Part shown: piece by piece, positions 28,069 to 41,930 of the stretch | Layout of the letters: every line of letters starts with the position of its first letter | Numbering within the stretch: the first letter of the stretch is position 1 | Assembly (NCBI GenBank): GCA_002633005.1 | Contig: NMRA01000147.1 | Span: 124,001-188,000, forward strand | Direction: 5' to 3' | Source of the DNA: Phoronis australis | Taxonomy: Eukaryota; Animalia; Phoronida | Length of the DNA: 64,000 bases | The notes under the pieces: generated by a model | What the model saw: the letters and a program-made list of their open reading frames with translations, nothing else | The model's database searches: none | What the model was told of the DNA's origin: nothing | Position numbers and translations under genes: made by a program

Positions 28069-31000
28069 GAGCTTCTTTATTTGTGCGGGGATCGTGGGCT
28101 TTTTAATCAGATAGGAACTGTAAATGGAGACCTGCAGAGTTCAAATTTGATCAAAACAGACAGGTACCTAAGTTACCCACAGAGGTCTGAAATGTGCAAC
28201 CTTCCAAGTCAACTGTGGCAACCTGCACCAAAAGACAAGGTTTCACATGACAATTTGAAAATATGACTGCTTTTAGTGTTTACTGTCTACAAAAACTCAG
28301 CAACAAGGATTACAGAGAATTTCATTGGTTATTAACAAGAAAAGCTTCTGCAACGATATTGTGCACTCCACAAACACACATCGCAAGTACTAAGCATCCC
28401 TCATTGTCTTGAAAATGCGCTCAAATTTTAACACAGGACCTGCCCTTAACACAGGCACTGTCTGGAATTTGGCTGTTACAAGTTAGACTCGTAGGATTGG
28501 AATGGGAAAGCGCTGCAAGGTGTTTTCATAGCCATATATTATCCAGTAAACTTGAAATTGACTGACATGGACACAAACAACTTTTTCATCATTTGGCAGG
28601 ACTATATCTATTGGTGTATTTATTTGCCAAGGTTCTCTCAGACTGAACTTTGACGTCACAGAAAAAAGGCAATTTACAGATGACATACTGCATTTCAAAG
28701 CTGATTCACCAACTCACCAATAGATGTCCCCACCACCCAATCCACTCAGTGATGGAATATTGACAGCTTGTGGATGAGTCATGTTAGATAAGCCAACACT
28801 TGGGTCAACTAGGTCAAGTGGAGGGTTCACATCAAATGATAAGTTCTCCAGTCCAACAAGCCAAAAGGCCACGAAAGTGACAAGATCACTGAGCTCGAAT
28901 TCTGTTGGAAATTAGACTTGTAAGAAATACTAAATCCCAACTTGGAATTACTTACACTGACATATTTGAAATCCACCAGGGCATTCCGTAGAATATCTTG
29001 CACGACTTTACAAAATTTCGCAAGTGAAAAGTGAGTGTTTTGCGAGCACTTTGGAAGCTTTCTAGCCTGACCAATTAAAATGGTCGTCACTGATGTGATT
29101 GGTCAGTGTTGAATAATAGGATTGAATTCAGCGGTTCGTTTGATAATTGAAGATTTTCACAGCAAGTGCAAGCTAAACTCTTGCGGTCTGCAGAGTTCAA
29201 ACCTGGATTTTGCCTGGAATACATTTAGAAGACAAGCTGGCGTCCATAATTTTCCAAGACTAAGAACAATTACCAAATGATTTCATGGGTTGCATCAGAG
29301 ATGGATCAACTGCGGCGAGCTTGACAGAAAGATTCTTAAGAGGCTGAAATATATTGTTGCAGTGGGCTTTGAGGAAAACATGCACCCAGATGTGTCACTT
29401 TAAATGAAGTTGCTAACCTTTTAAATCACTGTTTTAATAATCAAAATGGAATGCGTCTAGAATCTACAGGAACTTGGACCAAACACAATTAGCATATTGT
29501 CCTTTAGGCATGTTGCTAGATTAGAAAAATTATAATAAATGCCCAAAGGTTGAAATGATTGACAGCTAGAGGCATGTAGTTACAAAAAACAGCATTCATG
29601 GTGTGAATGAATAAATTAAAGCTGAGACATTTCTAGGCATAACTGTTCTAATAGTCTTCAGAAAATATAGAGAAAACTTCCTCAATAAAGTTAACAAACT
29701 TGATAATCATAGATTTTAATTTATTCCAAGAACTTTGGAAAGATTAAACGTGCTCCCAGCGTAATCTTCATATGAAATGCGAACTGGATTAATGCATATT
29801 ATCTCAGTCTTTATAAGAAGATTACCGAGCAGTTTGATACTTGGTCAAACATACGTACATACATACACTGTGGGACATAAAAAGCATTCAACTCTGCCAG
29901 AGCTCAATCACTAGCTGTGAAATCCACTTTGTACACAATACATTTATGGCCAAATGTAGCAAATTAAATATCAAATGAAGTTGGTCATATAATACATAAA
30001 CATGTTTTTCTACCAACCTACCAATCGTTAATTTTTACAGAAAAGAACATACAGCAGTTATGTAACCTAATTTATGGAAGATTCATAAAAAGTCAAAAAC
30101 TTAAATTAACAGACTTTCTACTTTCCGAAAATAAATACTTTTACAGAGTTCAAATCTTATAGTTTTGCAGATTTTTGGCTAAATACACAAACCAGGTTTT
30201 TGATTTCTTCGCGATCTATCATTTATTAGGTCATGTGACCATGTCTTCTAAAATTTAGCAAAAAATTCAAGGTACATCCATATCAAAACTATTGTACCAA
30301 TACATGACCAATTATGTTTGACATAAATGTCCAAAATAGAATCTCAAAAACCTATAATTTTTTTCTAGTTATTGTTTTGTTTTCATTTTTGCAACTTTCA
30401 TGTTTTTTTCCGTAAAAATCCCAAGTTCTACTTTTGATAACCAAGTCATGCAAAACATTTTAAAACCAATTTTTAGCAGCATTTTGAAAAACCGTGTATG
30501 GAGCATATTGTCCGAAAGCTTCATGAGAATTTGGACATTTTTCTTAATTAATAACTGGACTTTCATCTGGTCCTGTATGTCAACACACACGGATTACTTC
30601 TCAAAAGAGAGATTTGGGTTCTCAGAGAAGGAATAGGCCGCAGAAAGATGGAGGGAAAAGAGAGCGGGGGCAGGGTAGAGTGAGGGAGCAAAGGGATGCA
30701 CAGGAGGAGAGTAGCGAGAGAGGAACACATCATTAATAAATTAAGCAACAAAAAATTCAGTTCCAAAAATTGGTATCAGGAGCTGAAAAAGGGTGACTAA
30801 TTTAGCAGATGTTAAGGAGAATTTTCATGGTTTGTAATAAAAATTTGATGGTTCTCACGATTAAAAACATTTCATACCATTATTTTCAATCTCCTCTAAT
30901 TGCATGGAATTTTTGTAACCTGTTTTTCAGAAAAGATTAGAGGAATGAGCAATGTCTAGATTGCGGAATACCGTACTCATTGAACTTTGTATGCTGATTA

Positions 31001-31217
31001 ACCACATATTAATTACAGTGAAATAGGAACTAAAGATAAAAAGTTGGTTCCAAAATTGCTACAATGAACTGAAATGAAGTGAATATTTTCACAGCATGAT
31101 TAGAAATTTCAAGGTTTGCAAATTCTATTGTAACATACAGTTTGTGATGAGTATGTGTAAATTTTTACTGTTAAAGGATCAATCAACTCATGCCTCCTGT
31201 CAAAACAAACTTATACG

Positions 31218-31484
31218 CTTTTCATACTGACTTAACTCCAGTCTGAGCGGAGCGTCGAGGTAAGCTGCGAAGTTAACTAAAGCGGACATTGAAGTAAATG
31301 ATAGGTGACACTGTTGTCATCAAAGTAATCGCAAGGTAATGCTGCATAAGATTTTTTGGGAACATTTACATGGGGTAATTGACATAACTGGCGCTGTTAC
31401 TTTTGATCCAAGACTGAACTTAACCGTTCATACTGACCGCAACTCCCCAAAACCTCAACGGGTCGACATAAGTACGAAAGGCCC
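31218..31484. mobile_element. Shorter, inverted copy of the MITE at 37891-38399
   Basis: TTTCATACTGACTTAACT..GTCTGAG.GGAGCGTCGA matches the reverse complement of 38336-38395; TTCATACTGACCGCAACTCCCCAAAAC matches the reverse complement of 37925-37951. Confidence 0.7.
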
Positions 31485-34400
31485 TTATGATTTGGGCCAC
31501 TTGTAAAGTCAGTCTCAGCTGTTACGTATGATTTCTAGACTTCAAAAGAACTGACAGGGTGTTATCGCTGCAGAGGTTTCATGGAGGATTAGTGTTTATC
31601 CCAAGCCAGTCCGACCATTGGGGTAATGTCAGGCAGTTTATTGTAACCAAACTATACGAAAATTAAATCACTAGTTTAAAGGAGCGACTATGCCTGCGGA
31701 AAACCCACCACAACACGGCTTATAGTAGCCTGAATGCTTGCTTCTTTTTTACTTCATTTTCAACCCGCATTAACTTGCCTTCACAACTATTCTTGACAAC
31801 CCTTATAATTAATTGGTTTACTATTTTTTCATAACGAAATCTAGGTTGAACGATTTCAATTTTAATTTTAAGCAAATGCTCTTGCACAGACTACGGTAGA
31901 TGGAAATTTTTGATGAGGAAGACAAGAGCCTTGTGACAAATGATACAAAGGGTACTGAGAAAGCTGATAAGGCGTTATAGTACTTCCCGTTAAATGACAT
32001 AAAAAGCACCAGCTGGCAAAGCAGATGAAGACATTAAAGTAAGATTTTATCAATATCATGATTTTATACAGCACACTTTCTACAGCAATTTATGGTAAAA
32101 ATACGAGAAATCAGTAAAAATGAGAGACTGCACAACTCTGAAAAAAGAAACTTAATAGTTTCAGATAAAACATGGATACTGTTGTCAGGGAAAAACATGG
32201 AAGGTCATGTGCTTTCCCAGAATCACTGCTTTGTTGTAATTCCATTTTCAGTCTCATGTTTCACTTATCTTAATAAATGAACAACAGAAAATTACACTCA
32301 TTGTCAATTCTCAAAATATGCAATACTTTAGGGCTGTGAGAGCACAAAAGTGGCTTTCACTTGACTCAATTTCTACTTCTGGTGAGTAAGACAGGCCAAG
32401 TTGATTGGGACGAAAAGCAATGCGAGATGTTGTACTGGAAATTTTTGTGCGGATCGTTTAAGTACTCTAACGTACAACAGTGCAACTCTGATGGTGTGAT
32501 GGTTGCACTGAATTAGAAAGTACAAGGCGTATTTTGCGATATGACTGGATTTTTGTCTTAAGCCAGAACCCCTCATTGCGTAGTTGTGACCTTGGTTTAT
32601 TTCCCTCAGAATGATGAGGTCAACGAGAGTTACTTTGAAGGCAACGGAGACCATACAAGTAAAAAAACAAAGTGAGAATACTATGGTAATATCCTATAAC
32701 TTTAGGGTATAATATGGTAGACGAGTCAATTTCATAATTCAAGTATGCAATAGAAACTTTTCATAGTTAGACTACCTCACCTTGTGGGCCCTGTCATATT
32801 CAACAGGTTCTATCACCTGACATCTGATGAAAACGGTTCATTCCAATACGTCGGGCAAAACAAAATGTCGAGCACAAAAAATGCAAGAAATAATATCACA
32901 AGACTATGGAAGGCTGGCGAGGACATCTGCTGTTGTGTTCAAGTATCCAGATGTACATGCGGTACCTGTACATTACAAAATGCAAATTTCCCCTCAAATA
33001 GTGGGTGGCAATTCACTTTGTTCATAAAAATAGTTTTATGTGTGTAATAACGAGCAATCTCTATATGGTTGCTGTAATCAATCTTGTTTCATGCAACCTC
33101 AGTTATAAGCAGGTAATCCACTTTTGAGACACAACTATACAGTGAGGTATTTCGAAACTGGCAAATATCCCGCCTACGTTTGTAACATTTACGTGTTCAC
33201 CACTAAACAGCCACGTTGGCAACATGAAGTGACGAGATCCATTCATCAAACATTCCACCTGGCAGTGACATCTCAGTCACAAGCTCGTCACTACCTCATT
33301 CAACTTAATCAGCTTCCTACACTTTTTCACAGTGCTTCCCACATGCATGGCCAGTTAACTTCAATGCAATTCTGATGTGCCTGCCATGCGAGTACTTTCT
33401 AGTTTTGTAGCACTGCAAAAAACACTATGGTGAGGTATCAATGAAGACTTTTCAGACCACTGAGATAATATTCCCAACATCGCAAGCAAATAATCCGATG
33501 ATAAAGGGGCAAGTCGTAGATATCAGAGTTGACTGGTGAAAAAATTATTCAAAATCCACTTGTTCCGGTTCTTTTAGCTGTGAAGGCTTTAACTGTCAAA
33601 GAAGACCCCTGGCAAAACCCGGGACGGACCTAGATATAATTAGCTGGCGTCCACAGTTAATAAATGAGAACAGACAGATCGTGCCAGTCTCGTCACATGT
33701 TGAGGTGAACTAAACAAATCCAAGATAACCTTAAAGGTGAACTGACGGTCGATTATCACAGACCTCTTGGGGGGGACAGGTGTGGATTAGGTGAATTGGA
33801 TAGTACAGCTGACCTACTAGCATGACATTGAGCGGAATAGTATCCCTATATTTGTAGTTTATATTCAATGAAGAATTTTCAGCCATTATTGACATAACTG
33901 GGTAAAATTGCAGGAAAGATGTCTATAAGTCCCAGGCAAGGTGTTTGTGGACACCTGATATCGGATGAAGACAAGTACTGTCACCATCACATACAAATGA
34001 TACACTCTCATAAAGCTAGAAAACTCTTGACCTTATTTAAATACAACATAAAGGTGAACTCTAAACTTCATATGGAAGGTGCCGAAAGAGATCAGATACA
34101 CCAACACCCGAAGACATTTCTTCCCATTTCCAAATAACTTCTTTCAATTTTGTTTTTCTTTTCATGGGTGTACAATTATTTTAACACCTGCCCACTTTTT
34201 ATCAGTTATGTTTGAGCAAAATTGTGATTTCTATTTTGTGCCGTAACTTTTTTCCCCAGTGTTTGACATAGGCGAAAATATGCACTCAAAAATATGAGTA
34301 ATGATTTGAACTTGTATATAATTTCCAAATTTGGGCTCGTAAAAAGTGTCGACCAAAAACATTGAACGTCCGGCGCCTGTATTAGTGATATGGGTGAGGC

Positions 34401-37400
34401 CAACTTTTTACGCGTTTAGCTTTTTCCACTCATATTTTCGAGCGTTTACTCTGTGATGTCAAGCCCTGTTTCCTATTTGGTGTACATTTACCTATTTTGG
34501 CTGTGCAAGCTATGGCTATTTCTTTTTAGATATTGACCACTGCATTTCCCCAGTATTTAGCTAACAAAACAAAGAATTAAGGCACTCAAGTTAATAAAAG
34601 TGGTCTCCTAGGTGATAGATCATTTCTGTTACCAACAAGACCATCAAAAAACATCAACAACTCAGTTTATTGGGGTTGGCCAACTCTAAAAGTGCAAATT
34701 AGAAAATGGTGCATGTAAGCATTGCCAGTGACTTGAGTTCAATTCAAGATCGGATTAGCATGTTTATGCTTTTAAACCCTGGAGTGACGGAGTCAGACAA
34801 GGTTTGAGTAAAAATATACTGAATATCACAACATTCAACAAGCTTACACTTCAGAAAAGTTCCAATTCAGTTAAATCCATTCCTATAACTAGCATCATTT
34901 ACTTGGCTGATGCTTTCTGACGACAATGTCACAACTTGCATTCCCATAGCAGGGAGATCGTCCCTACACTCCTTTGCAGCAACGGCGATCGTATTGCCCA
35001 GTCAGCAATAAGGTTGTATCTCGTCAGGAAAATATGCTATGACAGATTGAGACGTTTCGACATCTCTTGTAGTACCCAACAGGTTGACTCGACAATGGGA
35101 CAGGAGCTAAAAATTTTGACCCATAAGAACAGACCTGGATGACATATGACAAACAAGTCTGGTATGACTCACCAAAGCAAGTTGATGATGAAATATAAAT
35201 GTATTTTGTACCTTCATGAACATCACATGACATAACTGGATAGATTTTGCTGAGGGATTTGTTATCACAGCCACAGCATGGATATAAAAATCCTTTTTGT
35301 AAGCAAAAAATCATTTTGTCAGCAATGAAGTTTTCAAGTAACAACATGTGAAACAGAGACTGACAATTAAACTTTCCGTTTCATATGTTATTACTTGAAA
35401 ATTTTATTGTTGACATACAAAACTTACCTAGAAATATATCAACAATGCAATGAGATGAGAAATACAGTCAATATACAGACACCATATGAAATTCTTTGTC
35501 ATTATTTTGAAAAGCATATCAATACTCTAGGTAGGTCAGTTTTTAAATTCTAGATTATTAAGAAATATTTTACATAGACTCAATCAAAATGACTATGATA
35601 AAATCTTGTGGGACATCAGAGATTACAAACTGGAGTACCTAAGACTTGTTATTATCACCAATTTGATCAGAAAGAGTGAAAAATTAAAAACAATTGTCTT
35701 GTTTCCTTAGGCAACTCCTACAATGTATACAGGTGCCAAATCGCTTGTTATACGTGGAACACAGACTCATGGTTTACTCAGGAATTTCAACGTCCTGTGT
35801 TAGTGTGCCGATTGCTTGGGTCAGTTAACGAAAGTGCATTATAAGTACATCACATGTGTGAAAATTAAGGACTGAGACAAAATCCATGCTTTGGGCACAA
35901 AACACTTTTTAAAAAATAGCAAATCCAAAGGTATTTTCTTTGTGAATCTAAAACAAGTGATTCAATTCAGTAGTACGACTCTCAGTCACAAAAGTATGCA
36001 TCAAATACCTGTAAATAAGTCAAGGTGACAACATGACGTACTGACACTCCTACACATAGCCTACATGTTGGTACCTACCCATCCATAATATTCAGCCAGC
36101 TCCACAATCAATGGTCTTACCCCAACCCATCAACATAGAAATATTCATCTCAATTTTTTAAACCGTTTCAGGAAACACATCTGTATTTTTAAACAATGAA
36201 ACAAGTGACATCAGCTCTTACCTGCCCCAATCCAGGTCACACACCTCAGGTTCAACAATAATAAATCATTATACCGGTCATTCTCAGCATGAGCCATACT
36301 AAACTTAAATATTGCATGATCAAACAAATCATAACAGATGTAGGACAGCTTCCAACACTCAGCTGATAACTTTCCACACACACTGAATTACCCGAAAGAC
36401 AATGTCACATTAAGCAAATAACACCCAAACCTGAATTTTGACAAAATAAATTCTACTTTTCAGCTACTTCAGGAACAGTATTATAAGTTGAATGTCTCAA
36501 TGTTTCTCAACATCCTATTTTGACTTGTAACTGCTGCAACAAGTTTGAATTTTGTCAAGACGAGTTTGGCTCACTAGTGTCGCACCAAGCTTAAAGTATT
36601 GGGAGACCAGTCTATTCTTAAGCAAATTAAGACATTTTGGGCCTTTGGTACTGTCGCAATGCATTTATACCAAGACTTAACACACAAAGTTCACACAGTA
36701 TGGACATGCACTTTTGAACACATTCATGAATTTTGTAACTTCAGCCGAGTTTGAATTTCTTCGTATGAAGAACACTGGGTCTACTGTGTAATTTGAGGCT
36801 GAATTTCAAATTATAAAATCAAAAACTACAGTAATTATTTACTTATTTCATACAAAAATTCCTAAAATTTTAATTATCTATTCTTCAAGGGATGATTAGC
36901 ATATTGCAAAGACTAGAAACTTCACCAAACATTGTTTAATGACACCTACTTGGAAGTTAGAAACCAAACCAAGCTTATAAGGATTACCCTATAGAGCGCT
37001 ATTCATATTATTTTCAGTTAAAAGACTCAAAATAGCCTTCACCCCTTGATAAATAATGAACTAGGACAAAGTTATCAAAGTGACCCCGGGTCATGTTCAT
37101 AAAAAATTGCCATGATGTAATGTTAAAGGCCAGCCACTGTGTACGTGAAACGCGACATGTTCTACGGTATACCTGATCGGTTTATCAAATATTATCTGGT
37201 GCCAACGGACAGGCAGCCTGTGGCAATTAATTATTTATCTAAGGATGGTGGACTGGTGTATATACAGTATATGCACAGTGGATTTTGCAGCAAAATCACC
37301 TGGAAAACGTAGACAAACGACCTGGAAGCGGACGGAATATTGTAAGAAATATTCAAGTATTAAACCATAGTCAGCAGTGATATCTTAAGCAATTGTTGAA

Positions 37401-37620
37401 TGTTGTTTGCTAAGTAATGTCAATCTGTTACTTAGTATTGTTCTGGGACTGATATCAAGGGGTAGTTTAAGATTGATTGAAGCAGGCTTGGTTTCTAAAA
37501 CATTGATCAAGAAGTCCCCACAGAGTGAATTGAAGCTGAGAGCCAGTGGCCCACTTGGAACAATAATCTTAACCCAAAACGAATCATTGTCTGAAAGAAA
37601 CCTTATCATGCCTGACTGAC

Positions 37621-37790
37621 AAGTATCGATAGGAACAGAAACGCGAACTTGACTCTATGCGTTTGCCGAAAAGAAAAATGTGTTGCACGTCCAACAAAGA
37701 TAATTTTCTGGAATCTAGGCAAAACAGCCATTCCCATAAAGAGAGATGCATCACGCACCACCAACTCGACACATTTCTTGGATTCCACAT
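37621..37790 (-). CDS. TRAK1: Candidate first coding exon of a long TRAK isoform: MWNPRNVSSWWCVMHLSLWEWLFCLDSRKLSLLDVQHIFLFGKRIESSSRFCSYRYL
   Basis: ATG at 37790, 56 codons plus 2 nt, GTCAGT donor at 37620; phase 2 joins the 24729 exon in frame (TT|G = Leu). Homology not confirmed. Confidence 0.55.
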
Positions 37791-37890
37791 AGCAACTCCA
37801 ACTTTAGTGGCATAAGGACATAAGAATGAAGTGGAAATAATTTTTTAAGCTCCAAATTGTGGGTAAATATTAATCAGAGTTGTGTCATGA

Positions 37891-38399
37891 GGCCCTTTTT
37901 TCATACTAACATCGATGCATCAATGTTTTGGGGAGTTGCGGTCAGTATGAACACCTAACTTCGGTCTTGGATCGACATTAACAGTACCAGTTAACTTCGC
38001 AGTAAACAGGGGGATTTAACAGCCGAGCGTTGATGCTGTGTTGTGGTATGAACGCTCCAATCGAAGTTATTGCCAGGGGCCACTGTTATTGTCAACAACC
38101 AAAGGGCAGTGTCATTGCTAATAGTTGCTTATATTTTGCTTAAATAATCACCAATCGAATTAGAAATAAGTTTTATATCAATTAGAACATGTAAATGTTC
38201 TCATATTGTCACATTAAAAAAATCTTAGCATGCTCACGATGCATCAGCGCTGCCTTACGATTACTTTGATGACAACAGCGTCATCTACCGTTTACTTCTA
38301 TGTCCATTAACTACCAAAGCTGGTACGAACGGTTCAGTTAACTTCACAGTTTACGTCGACGCTCCTCTCAGACCTAAGTTAAGTCAGTATGAAAGGGCC
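37891..38399. mobile_element. PIF/Harbinger-like MITE
   Basis: TIRs GGCCCTTT(TTT)CATACT / AGTATGAAAGGGCC; both ends recur in reverse orientation at 31218-31484. TSD not clean, so the superfamily is inferred. Confidence 0.65.
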
Positions 38400-38543
38400 A
38401 GCCCTGTAGTATATCAAGATGTGGAGCTATTGACAAATTGTTACCACTGAGCTACATAACCTTGTGCAAGCAGTACAAGATCATTCATTTTTAAAGCTAA
38501 TTAGTAAGTGATAAGGTAGGGCACTGTACAAATCAGGAGTCCT

Positions 38544-38630
38544 GTGTAGCAGCCATAGGGGCTCTGTCAAGTAGCCACAGGGGCTTTGCCTAGTAGCTAC
38601 AAGGGCTCCGTCTAGCAGCCACAGGGACCC
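38544..38630. repeat. Degenerate minisatellite, about 4 copies of a 22-23 bp unit (TAGYAGCCACAGGGGCTCTG-like)
   Basis: Direct inspection. Confidence 0.75.
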
Positions 38631-40722
38631 TGGAAACCTCGATACGGTCACGGGGAAATAATGACAACTAAAAAGGGCATGTGCAGTTGAAACATTGTGG
38701 TGATTTGGGGGGGTTTAATCACAGTGACCAGGAGGCAGGGGGAATATGGACAGTCAGAAACTGTGCTGCCCGTAAGGCTGCTAAAAATTGTGGAAGAAAG
38801 GGACGAAACTTTGACTGGGAAACAGCTTAGATTACCAGCGCCCCAGACTTCTTGTGGCTTAGGGTCCCACCCCAAGAAACTTCAAACCGGCGCTGTTTGC
38901 AAGCAGTCCATGGTGGCTTTTTACCACAGTGTTCTGAACGCATTCGTGTCGAACACCTTTTACAAATTCATACACAACAGTAGCGTGCGACTACTCCTAA
39001 CTCACAATATACTAACGTCAATGAGCGTACTCCAATTTCACTTTTACCTCAACAGCTCAGATGGCACAGCATAGCGTTGTACAATATGACACTAACTAAC
39101 ATTTAAGTCTACTCACTTCACAGCTATCACTGAAGGCAGCAACAACATAGGAATGAGGCTTTTACTATTTACAAATTCGTTCTGAAGGAAATTATCAGTA
39201 TTGATCTATTCCGAGTCGAAGGGCTCCATAATCGGGTCTTCTTCAGACCAAAACAATGTGTACAAGACTGGCAAAACAGCATGCAAATGTACAAGACTGG
39301 CAAAATAACAAAATTTGTGTAGACAGCTGATACACATACTGAGAAATGTGAGTTGAACAATTGGGCACAATGCAGGAAATGCTGGTATTGAAAAACTGAA
39401 CAAATGTAACATGTCTGACAGAATGCAAATTGATCTGAGTTAATATTGTCCTTAAAGAATGAATTCATAGTTTATGAAAAAACAATGTAGTTCCATCAGC
39501 CTGCATTGTCATACACACCTGAACATTTAATACCATCTCAGTAACCACAAAAAACGAGACAGTCTCTAAAATGTTCCTTGAAAGGTAATGTGAATTTAAG
39601 TGAAAATTAAATCGCTGTTGACAGATCAGTAACCACAATCCTTCCAACATTACTTCAAATGAAACATTCAAAGTTCTATCAATGTAAACTGAACAGTAAC
39701 AAAGTAATTGCAGAATGAAAGTTTTTATATTGCTAATACACCTACGCCAAGATGATCAAGTCGAGAATTGATTCCAATGTACATAACAGAGAGCAAAAGC
39801 CAAAACAATGAGAACTAAACTGGCCTGTGCCATGAAATATTTACCTGACCTCGCCAACTGAGAACGGTATACCAACAATGCTAAGTCGACGTGATTCAAG
39901 GTTCCTAACCACTGTTCATAGAGAAGACTATCACTAATCGAGTCACCAATCAATACAATATGAACGTGAAGCAAACTTCGTGATCAATAATAACGCTGAA
40001 TTGTAATGCAGTATTGTATATCACAAAGTGTGTTAACAAGCTTAAATTTTGAACAAATAAATAAAACAAGATCATAGTTCCTTAATGTTGGGCAATGGCA
40101 TTTTTATTATTGAAGTTTAAAAAGTGCTAAATATGGTCAAGCGAAAATGAAAAAATTCAAAGTGAAATAAATTGGTAATTCAACGTATTTAAACTATGAG
40201 TGAATTTTATTGGATCTACAGTATTATCATGTTTTATACCACATTATGAGTCTGGCATGGACAATACAACCGGTGAACAACACATTTAGTTATTCAAAGC
40301 GTGTTTAATAACTTTTTGCTGGGAACCTGAGGTCAAATTCAAACCGGCCTTGCTAATGTTTCGAGCCGTCGACTTAACCGTGGCGCCATTCAACAGATGA
40401 CGTCACCATAGTGAATATATACTTAAATGATGACACGCAATAATCACATGTTCAACAAACCAGATTGTACCGACATTTATATGCAGTGAAAAATAAGTCC
40501 CATGATTTCAATAAAAATGGCATCTTCAATTCAGTAAAATTTATCTGTCATTTTCTCTTACTAGCAAATCATTGATCTCCAGTTTGAATGCGTGTAACAT
40601 GTCTTCGGCATCCTATTACTTGGACATTATACTCAGTAACCAGTGGTAACCTACTTTAGCAGACGATATTTTCACGGTGGAGGCTTAGCATGATACAATG
40701 TGTAGGTAGACTAGTTGGTTAA

Positions 40723-41930
40723 GGCGAAGGCAACCTTTTTTCATGTCACTTTTAGCAAAAATAAGGTTCGTTGATTATCCCAGACACATTTTTCACTTAA
40801 TTACAGCTTTTCGGAATTTGATTAATTTCTCGTCCTCTACTCCGGAAGTGACGTTTTGGGAGGCAAGAGTTTCGCGCCAATTTCTTTTCATTACAGTCTG
40901 ACTGTGAGAGCTGTCCAGTCAGTCATTGTTCTACCTCGGTTGTGATAAGTTCGGTCGTCCTTTGCTTTGTTTACAAGTCAGTCAACATGCCACGCCGTTG
41001 CTGTGTGCCAGGATGTACTCACGTCTCACACGCGCTTTGGGTACCCTGCATCGCTTTCCAAAGGATGACACACTTCGCCGTACTTGGCTAGCTCGTTCAT
41101 GTGAAGAACGCAGCGCTACCCGTCCACGCAAAGTACAAAGCAGTGGAGGGTTTCCGAGTGCGTGGCAAGCATTTTCTGCCGTCAGATTAGGACAGAGATA
41201 TGTACGCTGAATTGATGAAGGTCCCTGCGAAACAACGCCTGAAGAAGGGTGCCACGTCGCTGTTGATTCCCGGCAGTGCCTCATCGCCAAACTCGAGAAG
41301 TGCGTTTTTGAAGCAAGAAGCCTCGCGAGCTGTGGCCACTATATACAGTGACTGGTGGCACTTCATCTACTGTCAACCGTGCCTCTGAACGTGCAATTCC
41401 GGGAACTAGCAGTGATTCGCCCTGTGCTGTTGTCTCTAGCCCAGAGCCTGTAAGTAGCCCTGCAGCAATGTTGAGTAGTGGGAGTCAATACAGGCTCGGT
41501 TCGACACCCAGTGAAGAGGACAGCTCGTCATCCAATGAACAGATCGGTGAGCCTAAGTTTCATAAGTTAATTGTGGACTTGTATTGGAGCTATTTAGAAA
41601 GTGCCAGGTGAGTGGCGAGGGAGTCACACGGCAGGATGTAAGCAGTTTGGGTGCTCAGATCACCCTCCAGCGGGAGTGTGTCGTAGGACACTCGGGCAAG
41701 TGGGACTTATCAAACAGAGGTAGAACAATGACCGACTCGACTGCTCTCACAGTCAGACTATATAAAAAGAAATTGGCGCGAAATTCTTGCCTCCCAAAAC
41801 GGCACTTCCGGAGTAGACGACGAGTAATTAATTAAATTACAAGAAGTTGTAAGTAAGTGAAAAATATGTCTGGGATAATCAACGAACCTTATTTTTTGCT
41901 AAAAATGACATGAAAATGTTGCCTTCGCCT
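40723..41930 (+). mobile_element. Non-autonomous Kolobok-like DNA transposon with about 230-bp terminal inverted repeats
   Basis: Left arm about 40723-40950 and right arm about 41705-41930 are reverse complements ((A)GGCGAAGGCAAC...GTTGCCTTCGCCT); TTAA on both sides (40719-40722, 41931-41934); internal THAP remnant. A TTAA target, RR..YY ends and THAP are Kolobok traits. Confidence 0.8.
40987..41705 (+). pseudogene. Decayed THAP-domain transposase 5' fragment
   Basis: Across frameshifts reads MPRRCCVPGC...LHRFPKDDTLRRTWL...RV(R)GKHFLPSD*...RLKKGA, the THAP C2CH signature with the third Cys mutated; then LIVD..ELFRKCQ..C..GH...W, cut off by the right TIR. Confidence 0.85.

Noticed and set aside
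30630-30723. Purine-rich G-tract (possible G4 or triplex)
   Set aside because: Low-complexity sequence with long loops; no evidence of function.
36222-36298. Possible TRAK cassette or first exon MAHAENDRYNDLLLLNLRCVTWIGA with a CAG|GTAAGA donor and compatible phase
   Set aside because: Weak acceptor, no homology, intron-like composition; such hits are expected by chance in 60 kb.
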